In this document: in pieces, positions 17,519-27,739 of the stretch
How the letters are laid out: the number at the start of each line of letters is the position of its first letter
Numbering within the stretch: position 1 is the first letter of the stretch
IMG/VR virus record: IMGVR_UViG_3300036651_001467
Span: 1 to 59,059 of that record
DNA: 59,059 nt
Source: a virus
Lineage: Duplodnaviria; Caudoviricetes
Strand: one strand, 5' to 3'
Made by a program: the position numbers and the translations under genes
The notes under the pieces: model-generated
The model's database searches: none
Told to the model about the DNA's origin: nothing
The model's input: only the letters and a program-made list of their open reading frames with translations

Positions 17519-19854
17519 TTCTTCACCTTGAAGCCGTGCTCAAGCGCATCGGCCAGGGCATCGCCATGGCTGATCCCATGCGCGTCGGCCGCCTTGTAGA
17601 TTTGGTCCAGTGTCAACTCCCCACCGCCGGTTGGGCCGCCCACCGGCCGCTTGTCCGGATTCCCCTCGCCGATCGCCTTGTAACGTTTGAGCACGTCTTG
17701 CGCCGGCCCAAGTGCGGCGAGCAGGTTTGGCCCTGTGGATTTGGCGCCGCCCAGTGCGTTCTCGAACTCGGCGATGCCCTTTTCTGTGTTGAGATGGGCC
17801 TTGGCAAGTCCGGTCACGAAAGTGGCGAAGTTGGAGCGGAATGCCGCAACGTCGGGATCGTTTCCGCCGACCTGTCCGGTCAGGAATTCGTTCCATCGCC
17901 CCGCAATCGGCCCCAGCTTCCCGGCGGCGTCGAGCTGCGAGATTTGGGATTGCAGGCTCGGCAACTGCTCGAGCAACGCCTGTGCCTGCTGACCGCGCGT
18001 CCGGGTCGTCGCGGTCGGCGCGAGGACCGAATGCATGCCCACCGGTGCACCCGTTTCCGGGTTTCGGGGAAGTCCGGCCTCAAGATCGGAGATCTCATGA
18101 GGCGAGAGTCCCAGTCCCGGCAGTTCCATAATGGCCGGGTTGATTTCGGAGGCGCTGATGATGCCCCGGATCTGGGCGTAGGTGAGACCCTGGAGTTTGG
18201 ATTGGGCGTTTTTCGCTGCGGTCTGAGCCTGCTGCAGCTTTAGCTGAAATTGGGGAGAATTCGGGTTGGCCACGGCTTGCTGCTGGGCGTCCATGAGCGC
18301 GGAATGCGCCTGCTGCGCTTCGGTCTGCGCGGCCATAAGCGCGGCATGGCCCTCGGTTACCTTTCGAGTGGCTAGTTCCTGCGGGGTGAGTTGTTCGTCC
18401 GGCAGCGGGTTCCCCTCCGCATCAAGTCCCTGCTTGCGGTAGGCGGCCGCAATCTTGGCCGCGTCGTTTTTCTGCGTTTCGCTCAGTTTGTCCTGGGCAT
18501 CCTGGGCGCGCTGATCCGCATTCTGGCCGGATTGTTCAAGTGTCGCCGGTCCCTTCTCCGCTTCCACAGCGTTCTTGAGCGCGTCGGCATTCTCCGCATA
18601 CTGCTGATTCGCCTGCCGGTACTTCTGGCCGGCGAGCGCCTTGTACGTGTCCACGCCCACCAGCGGATTCATACTCAGCGCGCCAGTCCCGATGCCCGCC
18701 AACACGTCGAGCGCCTTCTGCCAGCCATGCGCCTTCAGGTTCGGATCGTTCTGGTCAGGCGGCGTTAGTCCCGCCAGCTTCGCCACGTCCGCGTTGTAGC
18801 GATCGCGGGCGGGCTGGGGCGGTGGAGTGAGCGACGTGAGATCGGGCGTCGGCTTGAGCGCCCCCAGCACATCCTTGTTGTAGGTCTGGCTGCCGGGCGG
18901 CGTCAGCGTCGTGGGCGGCGCGGCTGGTGTCGCCGGCAGTCCCGCCAGCGCGTCCATCGGGTTCGGCTTCGCCGGGGCCGGGGCTTGTGCATTCGGCGGC
19001 GCTATGGTTGCATCCGCCAATGATGGGGATGGCGCGGCGACAGTCTGCGGCGTTGCAGCGGCCGAGGCGTCTGGCGGCGCTCCCGCCGGGTCCAGCTCGC
19101 CACCTTGATTGAAGTGCCGCATTTTGGTGGTGCGAATCGCCTGCTTCGCCGCCTTACCATGCAGCGGCGTCACCTGCACCCCGCCTCCGGGCAGCGCCAA
19201 CAGTTCCTCGGGCCCCTTCTCGCCGACAATGCCCATGCCCGCGTTCAGCCGGCCACCGCGCGCGAAATGCGGCAACTGCGCGAGGCCCGTCAGGATGTCG
19301 TTGTCGGCGGGCGCTCCGGCATTGGCTCCTGCTGCTGCCTCTGGCACAAAGCCCGTAGGCGCGCCTGCCGGCGATCCGTTGGGCGATGCGCCGGGGTTCG
19401 CGCTCGACATCTGGAGTTCCTTGGCCGCTGCGCCCAGCCCTTTGCCGCCGCGCTGGCGACTGGCCTGCAATTGCCCCGGCGGCTGGTTACCGGCGCTCAC
19501 CACGCCGGAGTTCGGCGGCTGCGCGGGGGAGTGAAACTCGGGGTTGCCCTCGCCCACTTCGCCGGTGGATGCCATCTCGCCCGACATCCGCTGCAGCACG
19601 TTGGGCACGCGCACGTCGCCCAGCGCATCCTTCACCTCCGGGGCGGTTGACAGGCCGCCCGGAGTGAGCTGCGAGGTGCGGATTTTCCGCAGTGCGAGCG
19701 ACATCCAGCCCTTCGCCGCGCCCCCTCCCGGCGTCGGCGTAGCTTTCGCGCCCAGCAGGTAGGGGTGGCGGTCGCTGGTCATGTCGGCGGGGTCTTGGCC
19801 CAATCCAGCCAGCCCGACGTTGCCCTTGGGTTGATTTGTGCGTTTGCCGATCAT
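17515..19854 (-). CDS. Internal virion / DNA ejection protein (779 aa)
   Basis: FARGG...IVGEKGPE motif, Pro/Ala/Gln-rich linkers, one hydrophobic segment; position. Confidence 0.7.
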   Translation of the reverse strand: MIGKRTNQPKGNVGLAGLGQDPADMTSDRHPYLLGAKATPTPGGGAAKGWMSLALRKIRTSQLTPGGLSTAPEVKDALGDVRVPNVLQRMSGEMASTGEVGEGNPEFHSPAQPPNSGVVSAGNQPPGQLQASRQRGGKGLGAAAKELQMSSANPGASPNGSPAGAPTGFVPEAAAGANAGAPADNDILTGLAQLPHFARGGRLNAGMGIVGEKGPEELLALPGGGVQVTPLHGKAAKQAIRTTKMRHFNQGGELDPAGAPPDASAAATPQTVAAPSPSLADATIAPPNAQAPAPAKPNPMDALAGLPATPAAPPTTLTPPGSQTYNKDVLGALKPTPDLTSLTPPPQPARDRYNADVAKLAGLTPPDQNDPNLKAHGWQKALDVLAGIGTGALSMNPLVGVDTYKALAGQKYRQANQQYAENADALKNAVEAEKGPATLEQSGQNADQRAQDAQDKLSETQKNDAAKIAAAYRKQGLDAEGNPLPDEQLTPQELATRKVTEGHAALMAAQTEAQQAHSALMDAQQQAVANPNSPQFQLKLQQAQTAAKNAQSKLQGLTYAQIRGIISASEINPAIMELPGLGLSPHEISDLEAGLPRNPETGAPVGMHSVLAPTATTRTRGQQAQALLEQLPSLQSQISQLDAAGKLGPIAGRWNEFLTGQVGGNDPDVAAFRSNFATFVTGLAKAHLNTEKGIAEFENALGGAKSTGPNLLAALGPAQDVLKRYKAIGEGNPDKRPVGGPTGGGELTLDQIYKAADAHGISHGDALADALEHGFKVKK

Positions 19855-20400
19855 TTAGCCTCCCGCCCCGGATTGCCCGCTCTTACCTTTATTCGACAGG
19901 TAGTTGCCCGCCGCTTGTGCGCCAACCAGCGCCAGCTTCTGCCAGAACGTCGGTTGCGTTGAAATCTGCCCCGCCGTCGCGTTCTCCGCATTGGCCGCGT
20001 TGTTACCCTCGCCGTACAGCCCCGCCTCTCCCGCCGCCGCATTCTGCCGACCCGCGATGGCCTTGTTGGCGAAGGCTTCCTGCAAGCCGCCCAGCGCCTG
20101 CGACTCATCTTGTCCCTCGGTACGCGAAATCGTTTTGGCCGTGTCATTCGCCCCCGCGCCGTTCCCGGTGGCCGCCGCCCGGTTGCGCAGCGACGTAATC
20201 GCGGAGTTGGCCGCACCCGCAAGGCCGCCCACCGTCGCCTGTGTAATGGCGGTCTTGTCGGCGTTGCTGTAGCCGGGATTCAGCGCCTCATCGCCGTACA
20301 GGCCCGAGGCGGTGCCATAGCTCCCTTGGGCGTTATTCTCGTTCTGGTTGGCGTTGGCCGCCGATTGTTTGTAGATACTCGATGCGTTTCCGTTCGACAT
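19855..20400 (-). CDS. Small DNA ejection/pilot protein (181 aa)
   Basis: Ala/Asn/Gly/Gln-rich with an amphipathic C-terminus. Confidence 0.65.
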   Translation of the reverse strand: MSNGNASSIYKQSAANANQNENNAQGSYGTASGLYGDEALNPGYSNADKTAITQATVGGLAGAANSAITSLRNRAAATGNGAGANDTAKTISRTEGQDESQALGGLQEAFANKAIAGRQNAAAGEAGLYGEGNNAANAENATAGQISTQPTFWQKLALVGAQAAGNYLSNKGKSGQSGAGG

Positions 20401-20819
20401 TAATCGCCTCCATCCTTCGCCCGTGACTCAGTAGACGCGCACAGAAGCCGATACCGCGGATCAGCCGCATGGAATCCGAGCCGCCGCAACAGCGGCTCTA
20501 GCTTGCTGAGCGTTGATTCCAGTTCGAACAGCCGCACCTCGTCAATTCCCGCCGCCGCCAGTTCCGCCCGGATGACGTCATGCTCCCGCCACGCTGCCCG
20601 GAGCGCCATGGCGTCCGCCGCTATGTAGTACAACTCGATGGCGGCGTGCGCAACCACCGCTCCCACCACGCGCCCATTCTCTTCGAAAACGGCCATGGCG
20701 AAGGTCTGGGTATCGTTCGCCGGATATGGCGTCTGCGCCCCTATCGCCTCGCACTGCCGCGCATGAATCGCCCGCAGCGCCGCTTCATCCGACGACTGGT
20801 ATGCGCGCCGGGTTATCAA
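20400..20819 (-). CDS. GNAT-like virion-assembly protein (probable TTG start at 20819)
   Basis: AVFEENGRVVGAVV...LLRRLGF; TTGA overlap with the nozzle gene stop. Confidence 0.6.
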   Translation of the reverse strand: MITRRAYQSSDEAALRAIHARQCEAIGAQTPYPANDTQTFAMAVFEENGRVVGAVVAHAAIELYYIAADAMALRAAWREHDVIRAELAAAGIDEVRLFELESTLSKLEPLLRRLGFHAADPRYRLLCASTESRAKDGGD

Positions 20820-23176
20820 CCGATCCCCGGACGCATCGCCCAGAAAGGCTTGGCGAACAAGTACAGCGCCGACAAGTCCATCGTCGCGGGGCCGACGTTG
20901 CTGATGCGCAGCCCGCTGGCCTCGCTCGTCACCAGCGCCAGGCCCGTCAGGTCGCCGCGCGTGGGCGTGGTCAACGCGAAATTGGCGATGTTCACGGGTG
21001 CGCTGGCGTTGGGCAGGGCGTCCACCGCGATATTGCCAGTGCCGCTCGCCCTGATCTGCACGATCCCCAAAGTCTCCATCCCTTGCCGCATCTGCTTTGC
21101 CACCTCCGCCGCCGATACCGCGCCGGTGGACAATGCCCAATTGAACGGCTGGCCAAAGTCGGTGACCGCGCTCGGGTCAACGTAGCCGACATAGCCCGCG
21201 CCCTGAGCCGCCAGCAGAAGCTGCGACTGCCCCAACCGCCGATCCGGTGGCACCGCCGAAAGCGGCAGCGGGCGGTACACGCGAACCGCCTGCGCCGCCG
21301 GGATCTCGTCGAGCGACCACCTGCGCCCCGGCGCGTAATGGTAGCGCCCGGAAATGGCGCTGAACCGAAGGCTTGAATCCCAACCGTCTTTGTAGTCCAC
21401 CTTGAGGATGTGGCTGCACGCGGTCGCGCCATCCAGCGGCACGCCAATCCGCACCACTTTCTGCTCCTCATCAAGCTGCACCCAAATCAGATGGTCGTAG
21501 GCCCAGTTGATCCGCTCCCACAGGCCGGGCTTGTCGGGTGCGGATGCGATCAATTCATTGCTGATCCAGGTCGGCGATCCTCCGTCGAATATGTACGCGC
21601 CGGTGCGATGAACGATGATTGCCACGTCGCGCCCCACCGCAATGCTCCGCGCCCCCGGCGTCCCAACGGTCGGAGCTACGCACTGGATATTCCAACTGTC
21701 CGGGTCGCCCTGCGTCGGCGTCACCAGGTACAGGCCGTTCTCCTTGACCACGAACAACTGGTTGCGATACTCGAAGCAGTTCGTGCATCGCTGGCCGTCG
21801 TTGACGTTGACCTGAAAGAAGCCGGTATCGCCGTAGTAATTGCCGGGCAGCGCCGTGTCCGATACCCGGAAGATGCTCTGACCCTCGCCCCACCATATCA
21901 ATCGGTCAGTGGTGACCGAGTATGCTACCCCCACCTCGTTCGGTAACTGAATGCAGCGAAATTGGTTCTCGACGTTGGTGGCGACTTGTGAGCCGAGAAA
22001 GGCGTCGTCGAAGTTGAACGACGCGGTGGTGGTCACGTTGTCGTTGATGATCGTCGCCGTTTCGTTGACGCCATTGACCGTCTGCGAGGCGCCGATGTAG
22101 AAATAGGGGCCGTTCTGGCCGGCTCCCGCCACGGTGAATGCAAGGATGCGCTTCGCCACCTGGGCCGGCCCGGTGGGCACGCTCGATACGGTCAACTCCA
22201 GACCGCCCGTGCCAGTGCCCGGCGGCGCTGCGCCCGAAGTTGTGATCGGGGTGGAGAGGAATACGCCGCTCGATCCAACCGCGAAATACGACTGTAGCTT
22301 TTCCGCGCCGCTCGCCAATGAAACATATACGCCCCAGTCGGTGACACCTGGCGGGGCGACGTTGGGCCAGATGACGCCCAGCATGTAGGCATCGCCCGTC
22401 GGGGCGGGAGGAACCACGATCTGCGCTTCCGGCGATGCCACAGTCTCCCCGGCGGCGCTCTTGTATGTCAGCACGGCATAGTAGGTTCCAGCGGGCAGCG
22501 TCGAGGAACCGCTGCCGGTCAGTTCTGTGGTGAGTTGCGGGGCCGGCGGCGGCGTACTGAGGCCGGCACCGTTGAAGCTGAAGGGCTGTGACGGGGCCGT
22601 GATCGTTCCCGCCGTATCCTGAAACAGCACCACGCCCCAGCGCACGCCGGCGGCGATGTTTCCCGGCGTCACCGCGTTGGCCATGGTCGTGCCGGCGGGT
22701 GGCGCGGCAATCGTGATCGCCTGAAAGGTACGAGTGCCGCCGTCATACAATCCCGGCTGCCCCGATGGAGTCTTGCCGTCGCTGAAGCCGAGATAGGCGC
22801 GCCCGTAGACGGCCGCGCCGTTCATTTGCGCTCCGACGGTTGCGACAAGTGGCGCGGTCGGCACAACCGTTTTCAGGTTTCCGCTTCCCGCCGGCGTTTC
22901 CACCATCAGGTTGCCAGCGATGTCGAACAGCAGCGGGGCTTGCGTGCCGGAGAGCGAGAGGTAGTCGAGAATGCCGGTGAAGCCATACGGCACTTGGTTC
23001 AGCGCGTTCGGGTTGGCAAAGGCCCGCGTAATGCCTTCGCGCTGCGATACCGACGCCAGGTTGAACCGGATGTTCAATGCCTGCGTCATCAGTGACGCAT
23101 CCAGCATCTCCGGCGGCCACATTGTGATGAGGCCGCCGAAGTGCTCGATGGGAATAGGGGTGTAGCCTTCCAGCAT
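20816..23176 (-). CDS. Tail nozzle / packaged-DNA stabilization protein (P22 gp10-like beta-propeller) with an inserted beta-sandwich module
   Basis: 786 aa, beta-rich; FGGL N-terminus, LFVVKENGLY, VGTPGARSIA; podovirus position. Confidence 0.7.
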   Translation of the reverse strand: MLEGYTPIPIEHFGGLITMWPPEMLDASLMTQALNIRFNLASVSQREGITRAFANPNALNQVPYGFTGILDYLSLSGTQAPLLFDIAGNLMVETPAGSGNLKTVVPTAPLVATVGAQMNGAAVYGRAYLGFSDGKTPSGQPGLYDGGTRTFQAITIAAPPAGTTMANAVTPGNIAAGVRWGVVLFQDTAGTITAPSQPFSFNGAGLSTPPPAPQLTTELTGSGSSTLPAGTYYAVLTYKSAAGETVASPEAQIVVPPAPTGDAYMLGVIWPNVAPPGVTDWGVYVSLASGAEKLQSYFAVGSSGVFLSTPITTSGAAPPGTGTGGLELTVSSVPTGPAQVAKRILAFTVAGAGQNGPYFYIGASQTVNGVNETATIINDNVTTTASFNFDDAFLGSQVATNVENQFRCIQLPNEVGVAYSVTTDRLIWWGEGQSIFRVSDTALPGNYYGDTGFFQVNVNDGQRCTNCFEYRNQLFVVKENGLYLVTPTQGDPDSWNIQCVAPTVGTPGARSIAVGRDVAIIVHRTGAYIFDGGSPTWISNELIASAPDKPGLWERINWAYDHLIWVQLDEEQKVVRIGVPLDGATACSHILKVDYKDGWDSSLRFSAISGRYHYAPGRRWSLDEIPAAQAVRVYRPLPLSAVPPDRRLGQSQLLLAAQGAGYVGYVDPSAVTDFGQPFNWALSTGAVSAAEVAKQMRQGMETLGIVQIRASGTGNIAVDALPNASAPVNIANFALTTPTRGDLTGLALVTSEASGLRISNVGPATMDLSALYLFAKPFWAMRPGIG

Positions 23177-23181
23177 GGCGC

Positions 23182-23565
23182 TTAGATTGACTTGTTGGTC
23201 TTAACCGAAACCTCGATCAGCAGGTCGGTCGCGCCACTCACCGCCGCCGGGATCGCACTGCCGTTGGCCAGCTCCGATCCGGCGGTCGAAATCTTCAGGC
23301 CCCAGTTGTTCAAGGCGCTGCCCTTGATGAGTTCGAATTCGTAGATCACCGGGCCGTTCTTCACGGAGTAATCGGTGACCGCGCCCGGCTGCCACGCCAG
23401 CGCCGCCGGCAGGAAACTCGGATTCAGGGTCGTGGTGAAGTCGAGCGTCAGCGGCGACTGGTAAGTGGCCGGCGATGCCGACACCGCCAGACTGAAGCTC
23501 CGGGTTTGTTCGTTGCGCCCCGCCTTGACGGCGAGAAGCGTGGGGGTAATAGTGGCTTGCGCCAT
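23182..23565 (-). CDS. Putative virion protein
   Basis: RBS AGGAG; beta-rich, 127 aa. Confidence 0.65.
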   Translation of the reverse strand: MAQATITPTLLAVKAGRNEQTRSFSLAVSASPATYQSPLTLDFTTTLNPSFLPAALAWQPGAVTDYSVKNGPVIYEFELIKGSALNNWGLKISTAGSELANGSAIPAAVSGATDLLIEVSVKTNKSI

Positions 23566-23577
23566 AGTAGGTTCTCC

Positions 23578-24186
23578 TTAGTGATTGATCGGAAACATGA
23601 TTCGCTTGGGCGTAGCCGCCTTGGGCGGATGCGCCATGGCCGAACGCGCGTCGTGCCTGTCCTTATCGCCCGCGCCATTCGCCACGGCAAGAATCGAGCC
23701 GATGACGTTGGAGTGGCTTACCACCGCCGGCGTTCTGCCGCCAGTTGCCTTGGCCGCCACACGCGCCATGAAGCCCAAGTGCCGCTTCTGCCAATCGGCG
23801 ACTCGCTCACCGCCCGGAATTGCGCGGTTGGGGTTGTCGAAATATGGCTTGAGCTGCTCTGCGACTTCTTTCTCCTTGCCCCCCGCGAAGCGTCCAATGG
23901 CCAGCGGCGCAAGCGCCGCCTCGACCTTGACGGGTATTCCCGCGATTCGGCCCGCGATGGTCGCAGTTTCAACCGCTCGCTGGCGCGGGCTGGTAAACAG
24001 TCGAAATGGGGGTCGCGCCATGGCCTTGAGCCGTTTGCCGAGCGTTGCCGCCTCCGACCTCCCGGCTTCCGTCAGCGGCACGTCTTTGTCGCCGTGGACC
24101 CGATGGGCGCGGTCCATCGCGGTCTGGCCGTGCTCGATGAGCAGGACGGCTGCCTGCCCGCTGGACGCTCCGCGTGGCGCGGCCAT
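23578..24186 (-). CDS. Histidine phosphatase superfamily protein (RHG motif altered to EHG)
   Basis: LLIEHGQT, DVPLTEAGR, TSPRQRAVETA, PGGE, VVSHSNVI. Confidence 0.85.
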   Translation of the reverse strand: MAAPRGASSGQAAVLLIEHGQTAMDRAHRVHGDKDVPLTEAGRSEAATLGKRLKAMARPPFRLFTSPRQRAVETATIAGRIAGIPVKVEAALAPLAIGRFAGGKEKEVAEQLKPYFDNPNRAIPGGERVADWQKRHLGFMARVAAKATGGRTPAVVSHSNVIGSILAVANGAGDKDRHDARSAMAHPPKAATPKRIMFPINH

Positions 24187-24377
24187 TACGAGATGGTCTT
24201 GCTGCGCGAGCCGATATATTGCGAAAGGTCACCCACGAGCGCATGGGAGAAGTGATAAAACCATGCGTAACCAGCGCGGCTGGCGGAAGTCGGTTCTGAC
24301 ATCGAACTTACTGCGGCGCTGAGCACGTAGTAGGCGGCCAGCAGCTCGAAGCCATGGGAGTTGATGAAGTTCAGCAT
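24186..24377 (-). CDS. Putative holin
   Basis: 63-aa hydrophobic protein directly after the endolysin; RBS AGGAG. Confidence 0.55.
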   Translation of the reverse strand: MLNFINSHGFELLAAYYVLSAAVSSMSEPTSASRAGYAWFYHFSHALVGDLSQYIGSRSKTIS

Positions 24378-24410
24378 GGAGTCTCCTTTCGTTGTTGCCA
24401 CGGGGCGGAG

Positions 24411-24929
24411 TCAGGAACGAGCGCGGGCCAGCCAGCCATCGAGGTACTGCGCATCCTCGGGCTTGCGTGCGGCCAAGTCGCGGTAGAACTGGCAAGCGAG
24501 CGAGCGGAGGGCGTTGAGCACCAGAACGCCCGATGCCGCGTTGGCTGCTTCGATGGTCAGCGGTCCGATCTTCCCATCCACGGTCAACTTGCCACCACTG
24601 GCATTGATCGCACGCTGGAAAAGGAACGGCGCCTCGCCGGTGCCCATGTTGACCGCAATGTCGAGCACCTTCCCCGCTACGCCTTGGTCCTGTACCTGGT
24701 CGAGCAGCAGCGGCGTCCAGTAGTTCGCCTCGTAGCAGGCTTTGGCGGCGGCGAGCGCGGCATCGTTCGGCAACGTGCCATCGTAGAAACCATCCGGCAT
24801 GTTCGGATTGGAGGCCCGGTTGACGCCGTAGCGAACCGCCGCTCCATTGCTGTCCGTCTCGACCGTGCCGGTTAGGCCGGGATCTTCATGCTGGAGGACT
24901 GGTCCGATTGCTTTATCGAAGTCAGCCAT
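24411..24929 (-). CDS. Endolysin, glycoside hydrolase family 108 with peptidoglycan-binding domain
   Basis: MADFDKAIGPVLQHE...YGV...YEANYW...DIAVNMG...VDGKIGPLT...YLDGWLAR. Confidence 0.88.
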   Translation of the reverse strand: MADFDKAIGPVLQHEDPGLTGTVETDSNGAAVRYGVNRASNPNMPDGFYDGTLPNDAALAAAKACYEANYWTPLLLDQVQDQGVAGKVLDIAVNMGTGEAPFLFQRAINASGGKLTVDGKIGPLTIEAANAASGVLVLNALRSLACQFYRDLAARKPEDAQYLDGWLARARS

Positions 24930-25132
24930 CACCGGCCTCCAAGAAAGGTGTGCTTGATTACCGCTCCCAACGCGGTAGCCGATGCCGCCACGGCACCGAA
25001 GTTGACCCACTGCCGCCGCTCCAGCGATCGCATGCGGCGTTCGTGGTCGTCGGTGATTTTGTAGAGTCCGGCTTCCATGCGGGCAAGCCGTTCGTCAATT
25101 CGGATTAGACGGTCATGGTCCTGCTCTGGCAT
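24929..25132 (-). CDS. Small coiled-coil plus C-terminal TM lysis protein (holin/XhlA-like)
   Basis: RLIRIDERLARME...DHERRMRSLE followed by a TM helix; directly upstream of the endolysin. Confidence 0.6.
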   Translation of the reverse strand: MPEQDHDRLIRIDERLARMEAGLYKITDDHERRMRSLERRQWVNFGAVAASATALGAVIKHTFLGGR

Positions 25133-25142
25133 CAGTTCATCC

Positions 25143-27029
25143 TCATTGGATAACCCGGATATTCCACGCGACCGCGCTGGGCGTCAGCGGCCCGGTGGTG
25201 ACGTTGCAAACGCGCCAATTGACGTTGCCCGCCGTAGGCCACGGAGTGCCGATGGAAAGCCCGGTGCCGATATCCGAAACCGGTGCAACGCTTGGAACCA
25301 TCGCCGTGGTCACGCCGGACACAGCGACCGTGATCGTGGCCGAACACGCATTAGCCGCGACAGCCCCAATGGTTTCCGTACCACTCGTCGCACTTAGTGG
25401 CAGTTGCGACGTGAGCGCCACCGTGCCCCCGGCGTCCGGCAGGTTCCACGCTCTGTTGCCACTCAGCCCAACACCACCCATGGAAAGGACGCCAGTGAAT
25501 CCATTGTTGGCCCAGTGAATGCCGTGCGATGTGTCGGGGAATGCAACGCTACCATTGCAGCCGAACCCCGAATCCACCATGCCGCCGACAACGGAGTCGG
25601 CAAAGAGACAATCGAAAGTTGGCGGCGTCCCTTCGACCATGCCGACGTGTCCGCTTACGTCTGGCAACCCCCATGTTCGGTTCGCGGTTAATGATCCACT
25701 CAAAAGGCCAAGAGCCCCGCTGTTAGCGCCGTTCACGAACGACACGAATTTCGTGTTTGTTTTCAGCGTGAGGTTTCCAGAAGCGCCGCCGACGCCGGAG
25801 TCTGTTGCCACCCCCCATTCATCGGATGACTCTATCAGGTCGCCGCTTATCAGTGCGCCACCCTTAGCCCCCAAGAGCCAACCAGCCGTATTCGTAGTTG
25901 TCTGCTGCGCCAAATCCGGCAAAGTAAAAACGCTTTGCGCCAGCCGCTTGAAAGGGTTTGTGCCAAATGTTCCGCACGTCACCTGTCCGGTCCCGCCACA
26001 AGGGCCGCCGCCTCCCTGCACAAATACTGGCTGGGTGTTATCTACCCACTGAATGTAGCCGCCGTCGCTATTCAGAACTTCAGATGACTGAAATCCATTT
26101 CCGGCGAACGCCCCTAACGCTGGATACGCTCCTACCGAACCCAGCGAAAAGCCCCCATTGCTAATGTTGATTCCGTTTCGCAGGTCTATGTATACGTGTG
26201 TAAGACTGCCTGTTGCTGGCAAGCCTGCCGCCATTGCTGCCGAGACAATCAAGATGCAATTTACCGAGCAACTGCTGTCGGTATCAGCAGCGATCAATTT
26301 TGCACCCGTACTCGCGCCCGCAAACTGCGCAGCAAAGGTGAGGCCTTGCAACGATACAGGGCTTACCGCTCCGCCCATAACGGTGCCGGTATTGGTCGTG
26401 GTGCCAGCGAGAGTGGTGCCAGTGAGCGTGACGCCGCTCAATCCCGGCGGTGGATTATTGATCGAGAAGGCGGACTGGTAAACACTCCCGGTCCATCCGT
26501 ACCACGTCGTCTGGCCAAGCCGCTGGTCAATGATCTCCACCTTCGTCGAACCAGACGCCCCGGTAATCATCGAAGTCTGGCCGGTCCACGATGCGTCAAC
26601 CACCACCGCGCCGCCCTGCGATGCGATGAAGTTCATGGCCTCCTGCAGCCCAGCGGTGCCGCTCTGCACGTTGTACAGGTAGTTGTGCGCCTTGGCCAGC
26701 GTGATCGTGATGGTGCAGAAGCCCTGCCCGAAGGAACACGATACCGCGCTCGGTGTCGCCGTCTCCTGATTTGCGCCGGAGTCAATGACCAAGGGCGCAT
26801 TCGTGGCGAACGGCTGAAACTGCTGGCCACCAGGCAGGATCGGCGGCGCGGCGGTCGAGAGTTTGAGCGTGTACGTTCCCGCCGATGGTATCGGGGTCAG
26901 GCTCTGCACCGACCACTGCGAGAAGGCCGACGCCCACACCTGCCCCCACAGACTCCACGGCTTAGCGGGGCCGCTCTGTGCCGAAGCGGAGACGGTCAGC
27001 AGCGCCGCCAGTAAAACCAGCTTCTTCAT
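25143..27029 (-). CDS. Fibre/spike-like protein with a Sec signal peptide (628 aa)
   Basis: MKKLVLLAALLTVSASA|Q; NRTWGLPD/NRAWNLPDAGGTVAL fibre repeats; several Cys pairs. Confidence 0.7.
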   Translation of the reverse strand: MKKLVLLAALLTVSASAQSGPAKPWSLWGQVWASAFSQWSVQSLTPIPSAGTYTLKLSTAAPPILPGGQQFQPFATNAPLVIDSGANQETATPSAVSCSFGQGFCTITITLAKAHNYLYNVQSGTAGLQEAMNFIASQGGAVVVDASWTGQTSMITGASGSTKVEIIDQRLGQTTWYGWTGSVYQSAFSINNPPPGLSGVTLTGTTLAGTTTNTGTVMGGAVSPVSLQGLTFAAQFAGASTGAKLIAADTDSSCSVNCILIVSAAMAAGLPATGSLTHVYIDLRNGINISNGGFSLGSVGAYPALGAFAGNGFQSSEVLNSDGGYIQWVDNTQPVFVQGGGGPCGGTGQVTCGTFGTNPFKRLAQSVFTLPDLAQQTTTNTAGWLLGAKGGALISGDLIESSDEWGVATDSGVGGASGNLTLKTNTKFVSFVNGANSGALGLLSGSLTANRTWGLPDVSGHVGMVEGTPPTFDCLFADSVVGGMVDSGFGCNGSVAFPDTSHGIHWANNGFTGVLSMGGVGLSGNRAWNLPDAGGTVALTSQLPLSATSGTETIGAVAANACSATITVAVSGVTTAMVPSVAPVSDIGTGLSIGTPWPTAGNVNWRVCNVTTGPLTPSAVAWNIRVIQ

Positions 27030-27736
27030 TACAGCGTTCCTCCGTCTCCCGCCCCGTTGAGTCCGTTGCCGCTTAGTGCGCCAGAAGGGCGGAACCGTTG
27101 CGGCCTGCGTGTGATCGCCTGCGAATCGAGCACCTGCCGAACCTTCCAGAGGAAGATCAGGTGCTTTGCTTCAGCGATGTAACCAGCCGAAAGCGTCTGC
27201 TCGCGCATCGCCGCGCACATCAATCCAGCCGTCCAGTAACCTAGAATGTTGGCGATGCCCACCGCACTCAGCGCCTGATCCGGCGTGGCAATGGACGGCC
27301 ACAACTGCTCATAGCGAATCTGCAGGTCGAGGTTTTGCGTGGCACCAATGAAAAAGATGTTGCCCCCGCGCCATTCATAGGTCAGGTTGTACGACTCCTG
27401 AATCCTCGGGATTAACTCGGTGACCCGCGCGACTTCCTGATAGTTGTCGTCGTCCGTCCCCGCAGGCTTTTCCATGATGGCGATGGGATTGGCCAGATTC
27501 TGAAGCGTGCCACCCGGCTTGACGTACTGCCCAAGGTCAGTGGTGCCCGCCGCCACATTGGCCAGCACCAGCACGGCCTCAGCGGCCGTGATCTCGCGCT
27601 GGCTGATTCCTTCATCCCGCATCGAGGAATAGGCGATGTTCAGATACGGCATCAACCGCGCGGTTGAGAACAAGCCATTGCCGGTTGGGTCCAGCAATGC
27701 CTGAGCGCGCCCGAGGGCGGTTGATGCCGCTTCCAT
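27029..27736 (-). CDS. Head-tail adaptor (tail tubular A-like)
   Basis: Helical N-terminus LMPYLNIAY, YEWRGGNIFF; position. Confidence 0.6.
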   Translation of the reverse strand: MEAASTALGRAQALLDPTGNGLFSTARLMPYLNIAYSSMRDEGISQREITAAEAVLVLANVAAGTTDLGQYVKPGGTLQNLANPIAIMEKPAGTDDDNYQEVARVTELIPRIQESYNLTYEWRGGNIFFIGATQNLDLQIRYEQLWPSIATPDQALSAVGIANILGYWTAGLMCAAMREQTLSAGYIAEAKHLIFLWKVRQVLDSQAITRRPQRFRPSGALSGNGLNGAGDGGTL

Positions 27737-27739
27737 TGG

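Noticed and set aside
19851-20222. Alternative-frame ORF overlapping the 181-aa ejection gene (possible programmed frameshift)
   Set aside because: Arg-rich off-frame composition and no slippery site identified.
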